DNA of 64,000 nt from NCBI GenBank assembly GCA_964411275.1, contig CAYPKG010000001.1:18859-82858 (forward strand), given 5' to 3'. This DNA comes from an uncultured Oscillospiraceae bacterium (GTDB taxonomy: Bacteria > Bacillota > Clostridia > Christensenellales > CAG-138). The notes below the pieces were generated by a model. It was given only the letters and a program-made list of their open reading frames with translations, did not search any database and was not told the origin of the DNA. Of the stretch, positions 35,542-44,976 are shown piece after piece; the first letter of the stretch is position 1, and each line of letters starts with the position of its first letter. The translations under genes were made by a program, and so were the position numbers.

Positions 35542-36207
35542 CTACGGATTGGATGGCTGATCCGGATTTTGCATTGTGCGCTGCATTTGCTGCTGTGTGA
35601 AGAATTCAGGGGACAGCGGCGCAAACGGGAAATCAACACTGGGTTCGCTTGGGAATTGCTCCGGTAAAATCCAGGGTTCACCGTCCTCCTGCCCGCTTAT
35701 TTCGGCTGATCCATATGCCATGTAATTTGACGGCTCAGGCCACGATGACGTGTGCGCTGTCAATGTGCTGGGGCCGGTGGGGATGGACGTGAATACCCGG
35801 TTTTGCTGCTGTCTTTTTACCCGTTCCCGCCGCTCCAATTGTTGCTGCTTTGAGTAGCTGCCAGCTGGGAAAAACGTTACGAATTTCAGGGCATACAGGT
35901 CACAAGACACAAATGCTTCATTGATAGCATCAAACAGCAGGAAATAGTTTTGCCCAACCTGGGTGAGAATTCCGTCCTGGGTGTGGATGCTGTTGGTGCC
36001 GATGAGAAACTCACAGATCACATACCGGCCGATCAATGCCGAAATAATCTCATGATAATTTGTCGGGCTGACCTTGCCCATTGTGCCATGGAGGATGTCG
36101 TTCACAGATTGCTGTTGTTGAGGGGACAGAGTGAAAGAGCCCTCCTCTGGGATGGCGATCGTGCTGTCAGGAAAGACGTTTTGCGAAGAAGCGCGGGATT
36201 GTTCCAT
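35542..36207 (-). CDS. GerQ-like spore coat protein
   Basis: The central region HEIISALIGRYVICEFLIGTNSIHTQDGILTQVGQNYFLLFDAINEAFVSCDLYALKFVTF resembles the GerQ/YwdL core. It has Gln-rich flanks, and GerQ is a transglutaminase substrate. Confidence 0.6.
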   Translation of the reverse strand: MEQSRASSQNVFPDSTIAIPEEGSFTLSPQQQQSVNDILHGTMGKVSPTNYHEIISALIGRYVICEFLIGTNSIHTQDGILTQVGQNYFLLFDAINEAFVSCDLYALKFVTFFPAGSYSKQQQLERRERVKRQQQNRVFTSIPTGPSTLTAHTSSWPEPSNYMAYGSAEISGQEDGEPWILPEQFPSEPSVDFPFAPLSPEFFTQQQMQRTMQNPDQPSNP

Positions 36208-36270
36208 AATAACCTCCTGTTTTAGGTATTTACATGCAAATTTGTTGGCGCGTAAAACCCGCCGCTCTGT

Positions 36271-37005
36271 TTACACTCGAACGTATGCCTTGTTTGCGTA
36301 GCCGGTGTTTCCGCCGTATTCTACAACATACCAGTCGCCCCCCGGGTCGCCAACGATTAAAAGCTGCGCGCCGTTCGGGGCTTGGGCTACGATCCTGCTG
36401 GCGGTGGAGGGAAGGCTTCTGATATTCAGCCTTCCGGTATTCACCGCGACTGTACCGGTTTTCGTCCCCTGGGGCCACACAAATGGGATGCCGAAATACT
36501 CTGTCAGCGCCCTGACCAGCGTTTGGGCGATGAGGTCTGTGTTGTCGGTGATCCATTGGGCGTCCTGAGGGTTGTCATGATACGCCAGCTCCAGAAATAC
36601 CGACGGCGCCCGGGTGCGGGTGACCTCTCCTATTCTGGTGGTAGGCAACGCGCGCACTAGCCCTGGGTAAATGTCGGAAATATTGTCCTGGAATATCCGT
36701 GCAGCCCGCTGCCCGCCAACGCTTACCGGTGAGTAATAGATGTCCGAGCCCCGGACGGTGCCATACTCCCCATCCGGCGCGGCGTTGGAGTGAAGCGCCA
36801 GATGCAAGTCGTAATTTCCGGCGTTTGACGCGCGGATGGACGAGGCCGCGGTCATGTCCGGGGTGTTGCGGGTGAACTCAATGCCGCTGGCCCTAAGGTA
36901 TTGCTCCATAGCATCGGCCAGTATATTCATGTGATATTCCTCTGTGCCGCCTGTGACGTATAGATTGTTTTCCTGTGTGGAAGGACTCAGATAGATGGTA
37001 GGCAA
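36271..37005 (-). CDS. N-acetylmuramoyl-L-alanine amidase (Amidase_3) with a C-terminal SH3b domain
   Basis: TTG start with RBS GGAGGG. LSPSTQENN...LHLALHSNAA...FLELAYHDNPQDAQW are the zinc-ligand regions. The C-terminal SH3b is GTVAVNTGRLNIRSLPS...GDWYVVEYGGNTGYANKAYV. Confidence 0.85.
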   Translation of the reverse strand: MPTIYLSPSTQENNLYVTGGTEEYHMNILADAMEQYLRASGIEFTRNTPDMTAASSIRASNAGNYDLHLALHSNAAPDGEYGTVRGSDIYYSPVSVGGQRAARIFQDNISDIYPGLVRALPTTRIGEVTRTRAPSVFLELAYHDNPQDAQWITDNTDLIAQTLVRALTEYFGIPFVWPQGTKTGTVAVNTGRLNIRSLPSTASRIVAQAPNGAQLLIVGDPGGDWYVVEYGGNTGYANKAYVRV

Positions 37006-37166
37006 AGGGGTTCCCTCCTAGCGAAATTCAATACTTCACTATATGCTCGTTAGCCTTTGCGTGCGCCATAGGGCCTTTTCAGGCGCATAGCAAAACCATC
37101 CCCTGGAAACAGTAACATTAATACGGCGGCGCTTTTACCGCCATGAAACCGGGGGAGTAAAACGAT

Positions 37167-37865
37167 ATGCTGATCCTGTTTTTGAGGGCAATTTTTCTAT
37201 ATACGCTGGTATTTGTTGTGATGCGCCTGATGGGGAAGCGGCAGGTCAGCGACCTACAGCCCTTTGATTTGGTGGTGACGCTCTTAATAGCGGACCTTGC
37301 CAGCGACCCAATTACGGACACAGGCATTCCGCTTATCTATGGAATCATGCCCATTTTTGCCCTGTATCTCATGCAGCAGCTCATGAGCTGGCTGTCATTA
37401 AAAAGCGAGCGGGTGCGGGGAATATTATCGGGCAAGCCTATTATCGTGGTGGTAAAAGGGGTGGTTCAAGAGGACGCCATGCGCAAGGGGTGTTATACCC
37501 TGAACGATCTCCTGGAACAGCTGCGCACAAAGGATGTGTTTCACATAAGCGAGGTGGAGTACGCCATCATCGAGACCGACGGAAGCCTCAGCGTTTTGAA
37601 AAAAGGTAAGTTTCAGCAGCCTTCCATGCAGGACATGAATATCAAGGCGCCCAAAGTGGCGCTGCCGGATCTTTTGATATTGGACGGAAAGGTACATGAA
37701 AGAGCGCTGCAAAAAAGCGGGCATACAGGAGAATGGCTTACGGCGCAGTTAAAGACCATGGGCTTTCAAACAGAGAAAGAAGTGTTCTTTTTAAGCTATG
37801 ACGCAGCCACAGGTACGCTCAACGCCCAGGAACGGGTAGGAAAACAAAAAAGGCCCCCCGGGTAA
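37167..37865 (+). CDS. DUF421 (YetF-like) membrane protein
   Basis: LRAIFLYTLVFVVMRLMGKRQVSDLQPFDLVVTLLIADLAS... is a typical DUF421 N-terminus, followed by the C-terminal soluble domain. Confidence 0.8.
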   Translation: MLILFLRAIFLYTLVFVVMRLMGKRQVSDLQPFDLVVTLLIADLASDPITDTGIPLIYGIMPIFALYLMQQLMSWLSLKSERVRGILSGKPIIVVVKGVVQEDAMRKGCYTLNDLLEQLRTKDVFHISEVEYAIIETDGSLSVLKKGKFQQPSMQDMNIKAPKVALPDLLILDGKVHERALQKSGHTGEWLTAQLKTMGFQTEKEVFFLSYDAATGTLNAQERVGKQKRPPG

Positions 37866-37895
37866 TCAGACTTGACGTGGGAAGGAAGGCCCAAA

Positions 37896-38276
37896 ATGGC
37901 TAAAAGAATTTTTACGGTATTCGTGTTGATTGCGCTGTTGTTCCTGTTTATTTTTCCGGCGCGTTTTTTAGAGCAGCTGTCGACTGAGCTTGTGACGGCA
38001 GCGAAAGCCGCCATAGAGGCGGCTCTCGACGACGACTGGGGACAGGTGTATGAGGGTCTTACCGGCGCTTATGACAGGTTTTTGCGCGTTCAGGACTATC
38101 TACATTTGTTTCTCGACCATGAGGAGGTGCTGGAATTGGAGGTGGGGCTTCAAAGCTCCGTCGCCCTCGCCAGAGCCCAGGATCTAGGGCAGCTGATGCC
38201 GGAGTTAAGCGTGGTGATTTCTCAGGCTCAGTACCTCAACAACATCGAAAACTTCAACATATTTACATTGCTGTAA
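37896..38276 (+). CDS. DUF4363-like small membrane-anchored protein
   Basis: MAKRIFTVFVLIALLFLFIF TM anchor followed by a helical domain. This is the usual downstream partner of DUF421 genes in Clostridia. Confidence 0.6.
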   Translation: MAKRIFTVFVLIALLFLFIFPARFLEQLSTELVTAAKAAIEAALDDDWGQVYEGLTGAYDRFLRVQDYLHLFLDHEEVLELEVGLQSSVALARAQDLGQLMPELSVVISQAQYLNNIENFNIFTLL

Positions 38277-39081
38277 TGGCGCGCCTGGCGGCAGCCACCG
38301 CGCTAAAATCAGGGACGATCCCTGTATAGAGAATGAACGCGGCCACCCCCTGCCACAGCAGCATGGAAAGCCCCGGCATGACCGCAAGGCCAGCCATTTT
38401 GGCTGCTGTAAGAAGCTCTGTATCGGCAGGGTTATAGACCATATCGCACACGATGGCGTGGGAAGGAAGCAAGCTGATAAATCCGATGTCGGAAAACGGC
38501 GGTTGCCCCCGCATGCCCAGCGGCGTTGCGTTGATGAGTATGTCGCAGTCCTCAAAACCTGCGTGTTTCATATCGCCGCAGGAAAGCGCGCAATTCCCAT
38601 TTGGAAGGGCATTCAAAAGCGCCTCCGCCTTTTTTTGATCCCGCGTAGCGATGGTGAGGGATTTGGCCTTCCGCGCCGTGCAAAGCGCCACGGCTTTAGC
38701 CGCGCCGCCAGCGCCAAGGAGTATGACCCGCCTATCTGCAAACTCATGCCCAAGCTCCTGCAGCGCCCGGGCAAAGCCCTCCCCGTCGGTGCTGTACCCG
38801 TGAAAATTGCCCTGCCCGTCCACGAGAACCGTGTTGACGCTGCCGGCTTCTAGCGCGTCGGGGGACAGGGTTTTGCAATAGGGGAGTATGGTCTCTTTAT
38901 GGGGCATCGTCACGTTAAACCCCGAGAGAGTCCGCAGCCGGGGCAGCGCAAGGGCCAGAGCATTTTCCGGGACGGTGATGGCGTCATAGCTTGCGTCAAT
39001 CCCGAGCCGCTCAAATAGCGTACGGTAGAGGAGGGGAGACCGGCTGTGACCGATGGGGTCTCCGATTACGGCAAATTGCAA
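38263..39081 (-). CDS. aroE: Shikimate dehydrogenase
   Basis: TTG start. VIGDPIGHSRSPLLY...GFNVTMPHKE...NTV...GYSTDG...LLGAGGAAKAV. Confidence 0.9.
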   Translation of the reverse strand: MQFAVIGDPIGHSRSPLLYRTLFERLGIDASYDAITVPENALALALPRLRTLSGFNVTMPHKETILPYCKTLSPDALEAGSVNTVLVDGQGNFHGYSTDGEGFARALQELGHEFADRRVILLGAGGAAKAVALCTARKAKSLTIATRDQKKAEALLNALPNGNCALSCGDMKHAGFEDCDILINATPLGMRGQPPFSDIGFISLLPSHAIVCDMVYNPADTELLTAAKMAGLAVMPGLSMLLWQGVAAFILYTGIVPDFSAVAAARRAITAM

Positions 39082-39153
39082 AAAAATACCCTTCCTTTCT
39101 TGTTTCGCCTGGAGTATGATAGAGGCTAGCCCGAATAATGCCGGAGGCGAAAG

Positions 39154-39600
39154 ATGAAAAATTTAAAAACAATACTTATTCTAAACGGCCCCAATCTCAA
39201 CCTGACAGGCGTCCGGGAGCCCGGCGTTTACGGTTGTGAAACGCTGCGCTCCATCGAGGACGCGGCTGTGCGCGAAGCACAGAGCCTGGGGTTTAGTGCC
39301 GAATGTTTTCAGTCCAATCACGAGGGCGCGTTGATCGACCGCATTCATTTGGCGCGGGAAGAGGGCGTTTGCGGGATCGTATTCAATCCCGGCGCGTTCA
39401 CCCACTATTCCTACGCCCTTCGGGACGCCATCGCCGCGGTGAACATCCCCACAGTGGAGGTGCACCTGTCAAACGTTTTTTGCCGGGAGGCGTTTCGCCG
39501 GGAGAGCGTGATTGCGCCTGTATGCCTGGGGCAGATCGCGGGGCTTGCAGGCCACGGATATTCCCTTGCGGTGCGGTATCTCGCCACCATTTTCGCATAG
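39154..39600 (+). CDS. aroQ: Type II 3-dehydroquinate dehydratase
   Basis: [21 protein letters not shown]...[11 protein letters not shown]...[17 protein letters not shown]...VEVHLSN. Confidence 0.93.
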   Translation: MKNLKTILILNGPNLNLTGVREPGVYGCETLRSIEDAAVREAQSLGFSAECFQSNHEGALIDRIHLAREEGVCGIVFNPGAFTHYSYALRDAIAAVNIPTVEVHLSNVFCREAFRRESVIAPVCLGQIAGLAGHGYSLAVRYLATIFA

Positions 39601-39783
39601 CATATAGTATAGACAAAGGCGGCAAAAGCCGCAACCATAATTGTGACAAAGAGTTACAGGGAAATATCAAGGAAAGTTCACGTTGCGTTCATGGGTGGTT
39701 CATGAAGGGATTGTATAGTAATGGTGTCAAAGGTTAATTCTGATGACACCCCCCCAACACGCTGGATTTTTTGTCCAGTGCCG

Positions 39784-39818
39784 CCCTGCCGGTCTCCCCG
39801 TCGGCGGGGCATATTTTT
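39784..39818 (+). terminator. GC-rich hairpin plus T-run inside the long aroQ-PBP intergenic region
   Basis: CCC(T)GCCGG / TCGGCGGG is an 8-bp stem with one bulge, followed by GCATATTTTT. Confidence 0.45.
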
Positions 39819-39969
39819 GAATTTTTACAGATAATTCACACGAGTTTCTATCTTGCGTGATAAAATGAAATTATCATGATATTGATATGAAACAGCGCAA
39901 ACTCCACGCTCTGGATTGGCAGCTGGAACGTGTGAGGAATAATCGCAGGATTGGGAACTCGCGATTTGC

Positions 39970-39998
39970 AAAAACCCGGGCATGAGCCCGGGCTTTTG
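39970..39998 (+). terminator. Rho-independent terminator
   Basis: CCCGGGC (39975-39981), loop ATGA, GCCCGGG (39986-39992), then CTTTT. An A-run upstream makes it potentially bidirectional. Confidence 0.65.
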
Positions 39999-40138
39999 CG
40001 TAAGTTGGGCCACAAAGCCTTAGGCTTTTCCTGGCGGGGCCGCTGGGGTGGGGATTTACCTAATTTTTTAGTTGTGGTATACTGTTGTTTAATTAAAAAA
40101 TATGGACAGTGGGCGAAAATCTGCCCCCATGGAGCGGT

Positions 40139-43054
40139 ATGCAGAAAATAAAGCTTTTTTTTCTGAAATTAAAATATCGCGTCAAAAAGGCTTGGCGCCG
40201 GTTTGAGGACTGGTTGTCGGCCCTGTTTGGCGGCAAACAAAAGAGCGGGACCCTGTTTGATAATACCCGTGAAACCTCTGTTCGCCCTGATGCCGGGACG
40301 TATCAGGATGGAGAAACCAGGCTGTTTACCCCGGTCAATGGCGAAGAATACGCGCAAGAGGAGCAGGAGGAAGCATTGTTCACAGAACGTGGGCAGCCCC
40401 GGCCGTTCGTGCTTAGCATCCTGTTTTCAAGCGTGAAATTAATGCTTCTCCTGGTGGCGTTGTTGGGATTTGGTGTGCTGGGTGCCGCGGTTGGTATCGC
40501 GAAGGCATATGTGGAGACCACGCCGACGCTGGACCGCGCGCAGCTGACGAAGTCGGACAGGACAAGCTACCTTTACGACAAGGACGGCAATCTCATCACC
40601 AGCATCGCGGACATCGAATACCGGGATTGGGTGGACATAGAAAACATTCCAGCCCGGCTGACAAATGCCTTTGTGGCCGTGGAGGACGTGCGCTTTTACA
40701 AGCATGAGGGCGTGGATATCAAGCGGCTTATGAAGGCTGCCATTGAGGTGCTGGGCAACTCCAACTCCTCAGGCGGCAGCACGATTACCCAGCAGCTCAT
40801 CAAAAACAAGGTGTTGACGGCGGAGCGCAACTACAAGCGTAAAATACAGGAGGCATATCTGGCGCTGGAGCTGGAAAAGGAAATCAACAAGGATGATATT
40901 CTTGAGGCATATCTCAACGATATTCACCTTGGAGGCTCAAACTATGGCGTAAAGACAGCGGCGAAGGACTATTTCAACAAGGAATTGAACGAGTTGACAA
41001 TCAAGGAATGCGCAATGCTGGCAGGCCTTACGCAAAATCCGTACCGCTATAACCCCCGGCTGAACAAGTATTCCAACGGCGGCACAAACTGGAAGTACAC
41101 GGAGGACCGAACCAATACGGTCCTGATGCTGATGTATAAAAACGGTTTTATTACCCAGCAGGAGTACGAGGCTGCCAAGGCCGAGGACGTGTATATCGTC
41201 GAGATTTCCCATCAAAAACAGATGTATCAGATGCCGCATTTTGTGGAATACGCCATCCATGACGTGGTGACGCATTTGCTGCAGCAACGGGGGCTTCCGG
41301 ACACGAATGTCAACAGAAACACCGTGGAAAACGAGCTTCGCACCGGCGGCTATCGGATCTATACCACGTTGGATCCTAAAATCCAGAACACGGTCCAGGA
41401 AACCCTGGAAACCTGGGAGAAATATCCGCCGCTTGCCAACCCCGACAAGGGGAAGACCGTGGGAACGCTTTCGGACAATTCCGTCATTGAAACAGTGCAG
41501 CCCCAAGCGTCGGCTGTGGTGCTGGATTACCGCAAGGGCGAACTGCGGGCTGTGGTAGGCAGCCGCACCACCCCAATAATCCGCAAAAGCCTCAACCGTG
41601 CGCGCCAAAGCTATATGGAGGTGGGCTCCTCCATAAAACCCCTGGCGGTGTACGGCCCGGCGCTGGATGCCGGCGTTTCCCCCGCCACTGTCATCGCGAA
41701 CCTGGCGGCGCCCATTTCGGGCTGGGGGACGGAACAGGGATATCCCGCCATCGGCAACAGCAAATGGGTTGGCCCGGTGACCGTAAGGCGGGGCATCGTT
41801 TCCTCGCTGAACGTGGTGGCGGCCCGGACGCTGTTTGAATACGTGTCCCCGGAGGTGGCGGCTGAGTATCTGGTGAACATGGGCGCCATCACCTCGGAAA
41901 TCAATGTGGACGGCCCTGGCCTCGCGCTGGGCACCTCGGGATTGACCACCATCCAGATGGCGGGGGCTTTCGGGACCATCGCAGGCGGTGGCGAGTATAA
42001 GGAACCCCTGAGCTTTACAAAGGTGGTGGACGGCGCGGGAAACATTATACTCGATGCGGAAGCCATCCGGGTGCGCCGCCAGGTATTTTTGCCCTCCACC
42101 GCATGGCTGCTTGTGGACATGTTACAGGATGCCGTGGATAGCGGCACCGGCACCAACGCCAAGATCAAGGGGATGAGCGTTGCGGGCAAGACCGGCACCA
42201 ATGCCGATAATAAAAGCGTATATTTTGCGGGCATGACGCCCTATTATGTGGGGACTATCTGGATTGGCCATGACCAGCCCAGCAATCCCCTTAAAAGCGG
42301 TTCCAGCGGCGGAACCTACGCGGCTCCCGTATGGCAGGCATTTATGTCGAAAATTCACACGGGGCTTTCAGACCGCAATATCATCGATGCGTCCGTGTCG
42401 GAGCTGGGACTTGTGAAAAAGACGGTATGCAGCGTTTCGGGCCTGCTAGCCACCGACGCTTGCGCCGCCGACAGCGACGGCCATGAGCCTGTGGAGGACT
42501 GGTTCCTGTATGAGAACGCGCCCACGGAGTTTTGCGACATGCACGTGGCGGTTCATGTCTGCAGCGAAACCGGCCAGCTGGCCACAGAGGATTGTCCAGC
42601 ATCATATGTGACCTCCGGCGCGCAGGTGTTGATCCGCCCCGGCAACTATTACGACCAGTTTACGGATGAGCAGCTGGCCACCGGCTTTACAATGGCCGTG
42701 CGGACCAGCATGACTCTCGAGGAATACGAAAGCTATCTTGCCGGCGCGCGAAGCGTTTGCGCCCTTCACGGCGGCGGTAGCGAGGACGGCGGAGATGACG
42801 ATGACTCAGCCCTGGAAAGGGAAGCGAGAGAATTGGGCATGAAGCTGGATGAGATCATTGCAAACGAAAGCCTGTCCCAATCGGAAAGCCAACAGCTTAG
42901 GCAGCTTCGAATGCAGATTTCAAACGCGCTGTCCGCCGGGCGGTATCAGCAACTTGAAACAGCCATGGAAAAAGCCAAGGAGGCGGTCAGCCGCTATAGC
43001 GACGATACGGGAGAGGCTGAAGAAGATAGCGAGTCTTCGGATGATGTTGCTTAG
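40139..43054 (+). CDS. Class A penicillin-binding protein (glycosyltransferase GT51 plus transpeptidase) with an acidic C-terminal tail
   Basis: GT51 motifs (VAVEDVRFYKHEGVD, GGSTITQQLIKN, RKIQEAYLALELEK). Transpeptidase motifs SSIKP, SLN and KTGT. An N-terminal TM segment. The track GTG start at 40109 was replaced by the ATG at 40139. Confidence 0.92.
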   Translation: MQKIKLFFLKLKYRVKKAWRRFEDWLSALFGGKQKSGTLFDNTRETSVRPDAGTYQDGETRLFTPVNGEEYAQEEQEEALFTERGQPRPFVLSILFSSVKLMLLLVALLGFGVLGAAVGIAKAYVETTPTLDRAQLTKSDRTSYLYDKDGNLITSIADIEYRDWVDIENIPARLTNAFVAVEDVRFYKHEGVDIKRLMKAAIEVLGNSNSSGGSTITQQLIKNKVLTAERNYKRKIQEAYLALELEKEINKDDILEAYLNDIHLGGSNYGVKTAAKDYFNKELNELTIKECAMLAGLTQNPYRYNPRLNKYSNGGTNWKYTEDRTNTVLMLMYKNGFITQQEYEAAKAEDVYIVEISHQKQMYQMPHFVEYAIHDVVTHLLQQRGLPDTNVNRNTVENELRTGGYRIYTTLDPKIQNTVQETLETWEKYPPLANPDKGKTVGTLSDNSVIETVQPQASAVVLDYRKGELRAVVGSRTTPIIRKSLNRARQSYMEVGSSIKPLAVYGPALDAGVSPATVIANLAAPISGWGTEQGYPAIGNSKWVGPVTVRRGIVSSLNVVAARTLFEYVSPEVAAEYLVNMGAITSEINVDGPGLALGTSGLTTIQMAGAFGTIAGGGEYKEPLSFTKVVDGAGNIILDAEAIRVRRQVFLPSTAWLLVDMLQDAVDSGTGTNAKIKGMSVAGKTGTNADNKSVYFAGMTPYYVGTIWIGHDQPSNPLKSGSSGGTYAAPVWQAFMSKIHTGLSDRNIIDASVSELGLVKKTVCSVSGLLATDACAADSDGHEPVEDWFLYENAPTEFCDMHVAVHVCSETGQLATEDCPASYVTSGAQVLIRPGNYYDQFTDEQLATGFTMAVRTSMTLEEYESYLAGARSVCALHGGGSEDGGDDDDSALEREARELGMKLDEIIANESLSQSESQQLRQLRMQISNALSAGRYQQLETAMEKAKEAVSRYSDDTGEAEEDSESSDDVA

Positions 43055-43078
43055 GCTAGAAGCGAGAGGTAGCAGTGG

Positions 43079-43702
43079 ATGGGCAATGAAAGGGCAGCGC
43101 AGGCTAAGCTAAACGAACTGTATGAAGCGGAGCGGCTGCGCCTGCAAAGAGTATCGCAGCAGGCGGATGCGCCGATGGGAGCCTATGCTTCGCCGGTATT
43201 TGGTGAGGGAAATGCTTTGCCCCGGCTGGTTTTGGTGGGCGAAGCCCCCGGCGCGGAGGAAACCAGGCTTGGACGGCCCTTTGTGGGGCGGGCGGGTCAG
43301 CAGCTAAGCGCGCTTTTAACGCTTGCAGGAATGTCCAGGGAGGAATTATACGTGACAAACGTCGTAAAATACCGCCCGGAGGCCAGAAGCGCCCGGGGTA
43401 CGAAAAACCGTACGCCTGGTCAAAAAGAAATAGTAGAGGGGCTGCCGCTTTTGGAAAGAGAGCTCCAAATACTCAAGCCGGAAATAGTGGCAACACTTGG
43501 AAATGTACCGCTGATGGCCCTGTATGCCATCGTGAATATGCCCAAATCGACAGTTGGCGCGGTGCACGGCATACCGCAGCAGGTGCGCCTTTGCGGGCGG
43601 GAGCTCATTCTTTACCCGCTGTACCACCCCGCCAGCACCATCTATAACCGGGCGCTGTTGCCCGTTTGTGAACTGGACGCGAAGGGATTGGGAGCGCTGT
43701 GA
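43079..43702 (+). CDS. Uracil-DNA glycosylase, family 4
   Basis: LVLVGEAPGAEETRLGRPFVGRAGQQL...YVTNVVKYRP...HPAS are the family-4 UDG motifs. Confidence 0.85.
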   Translation: MGNERAAQAKLNELYEAERLRLQRVSQQADAPMGAYASPVFGEGNALPRLVLVGEAPGAEETRLGRPFVGRAGQQLSALLTLAGMSREELYVTNVVKYRPEARSARGTKNRTPGQKEIVEGLPLLERELQILKPEIVATLGNVPLMALYAIVNMPKSTVGAVHGIPQQVRLCGRELILYPLYHPASTIYNRALLPVCELDAKGLGAL

Positions 43703-43804
43703 AGAAATCGTGAAACAGCCCACGCCTTTGCCGATGGAATGGAAGATTATGCTATACTATGGACAAGCCTGAATGACCCGCTTGTCCCCAAAGGGGGAAG
43801 TTGA

Positions 43805-44944
43805 ATGAAGCGCAAAATACTCCTGCTGATGATCAGCGTCGTGCTGCTGGCCTTGTTTGTGCCCGCGGCCATGGCCGCCGCCCGGCAGTTTGGCCAGGTG
43901 ACGGGGCAGGATGTGCGGCTTCGCAAAGAAGCGAATACCGAAAGCGAGGTCATTGCGCAGCTCCCTTTGAACGCTAGCGTGGAAGTCCTTGACGAAACTG
44001 GCGGATGGTACCGGATCATGTACGGGGACGATGTAGGATATGTAAGGCAGGACTATGTCTTTACCAGCGCCATGGGCAGCCGGGCGGCGTATGTCCTGGA
44101 GGACGGCGTAAAGCTCAGGGGCGGCCCGGACCAGACCGCGTATGCCGTGGCGGAATTGTCCGCATCCCAAGGGGTCAAGGTCAAGCAGATGCTGGGCGAG
44201 TGGTATTTCGTGGTGGCTGGTGACAGCGCGGGATATGTGCACCGAAATTATCTTACCATGACGAAGGCTACAAACACCGCGAGCATCCTACTGAAGGCGG
44301 GTATGGAAGGCCAGGAAGTCAAACGGATGCAGACAAAGCTTTACGACAAGGGATTTCTGTCAAAGGCGAACGTTACCGGCGTGTTCGGCGGAAAGACGCG
44401 GGAGGCTGTGTCGGATTTTCAGGAAGCCTGCGGCTTTGACGCGGACGGCGTGGCGGGAATGGTCACCCTTGAAGCATTGTACGACAGCGCCAACAAGGTC
44501 ACGAAAGCCACCGCTTCCGCTACACAGGTTAAGGGTTCCGTGATCATGAAGGACTGGTTTAAGGGCGGAAACGAATGGCTGGCGAGATACAGCAAGTTTG
44601 AGGTGATCGACGTTAAGACCGGGCTGTCGTTCCAGGCGCGGCGGTTTGGCGGCTGGTATCATGCCGACAGCGAGCCGCTGACGGCAAAGGATACCGAAAT
44701 CATGAAAAAGATTGCGGGCGGAAAATGGTCCTGGAACAGGCGGCCAATTTGGGTGCGTTACCGGGGGGTGACGGCGGCGGCCAGCATGCATTGCATGCCC
44801 CATATGGCGAACCCCACCAAAAGCAATAATTTTCCGGGACATTTTTGCATCCACCTGCTCAATTCCAAGGTGCATGAAACCAGCAAAACCTGCCCGCGTC
44901 ATCAGGCCTGCGTGCAGCAAGCATATCGCGAAGGGCGCGCGTAA
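43805..44944 (+). CDS. Secreted cell-wall-binding protein: 2x SH3b, a PG_binding_1 domain, and an uncharacterised His/Cys-rich C-terminal domain
   Basis: Signal peptide. SH3b repeats (VRLRKEANTESEVIAQL...GWYRIMYGDDVGYV and VKLRGGPDQTAYAV...EWYFVVAGDSAGYV). PG_binding_1 (GQEVKRMQTKLYDKGFL...DGVAG). The C-terminal about 130 aa contains WYHADSEP, HCMPHM and GHFCIHLLNSKVH. Confidence 0.75.
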   Translation: MKRKILLLMISVVLLALFVPAAMAAARQFGQVTGQDVRLRKEANTESEVIAQLPLNASVEVLDETGGWYRIMYGDDVGYVRQDYVFTSAMGSRAAYVLEDGVKLRGGPDQTAYAVAELSASQGVKVKQMLGEWYFVVAGDSAGYVHRNYLTMTKATNTASILLKAGMEGQEVKRMQTKLYDKGFLSKANVTGVFGGKTREAVSDFQEACGFDADGVAGMVTLEALYDSANKVTKATASATQVKGSVIMKDWFKGGNEWLARYSKFEVIDVKTGLSFQARRFGGWYHADSEPLTAKDTEIMKKIAGGKWSWNRRPIWVRYRGVTAAASMHCMPHMANPTKSNNFPGHFCIHLLNSKVHETSKTCPRHQACVQQAYREGRA

Positions 44945-44976
44945 CGCCCGCCAATACAAAAAAGGGGGAACACCCA

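Noticed and set aside
35459-35560. 33-codon ORF (MQQGWQWLNSIKKSPAARRGEEGPYLRRYGLDG) with a strong AGGAGGAG RBS
   Set aside because: It runs through the minus-strand terminator hairpin of the gerQ-like gene and into that gene's 3' end. I see no promoter. The call is left open but unsupported.
37040-37075. Possible SigK/SigE-type sporulation promoter (CATATAGT) upstream of the amidase gene
   Set aside because: It only partially matches the -10 consensus, and the -35 AC element spacing is ambiguous. Not callable without expression data.
39825-40013. 62-aa minus-strand ORF in the aroQ-PBP spacer
   Set aside because: It has no RBS, it spans the 39970-39998 terminator hairpin, and its composition is uninformative.
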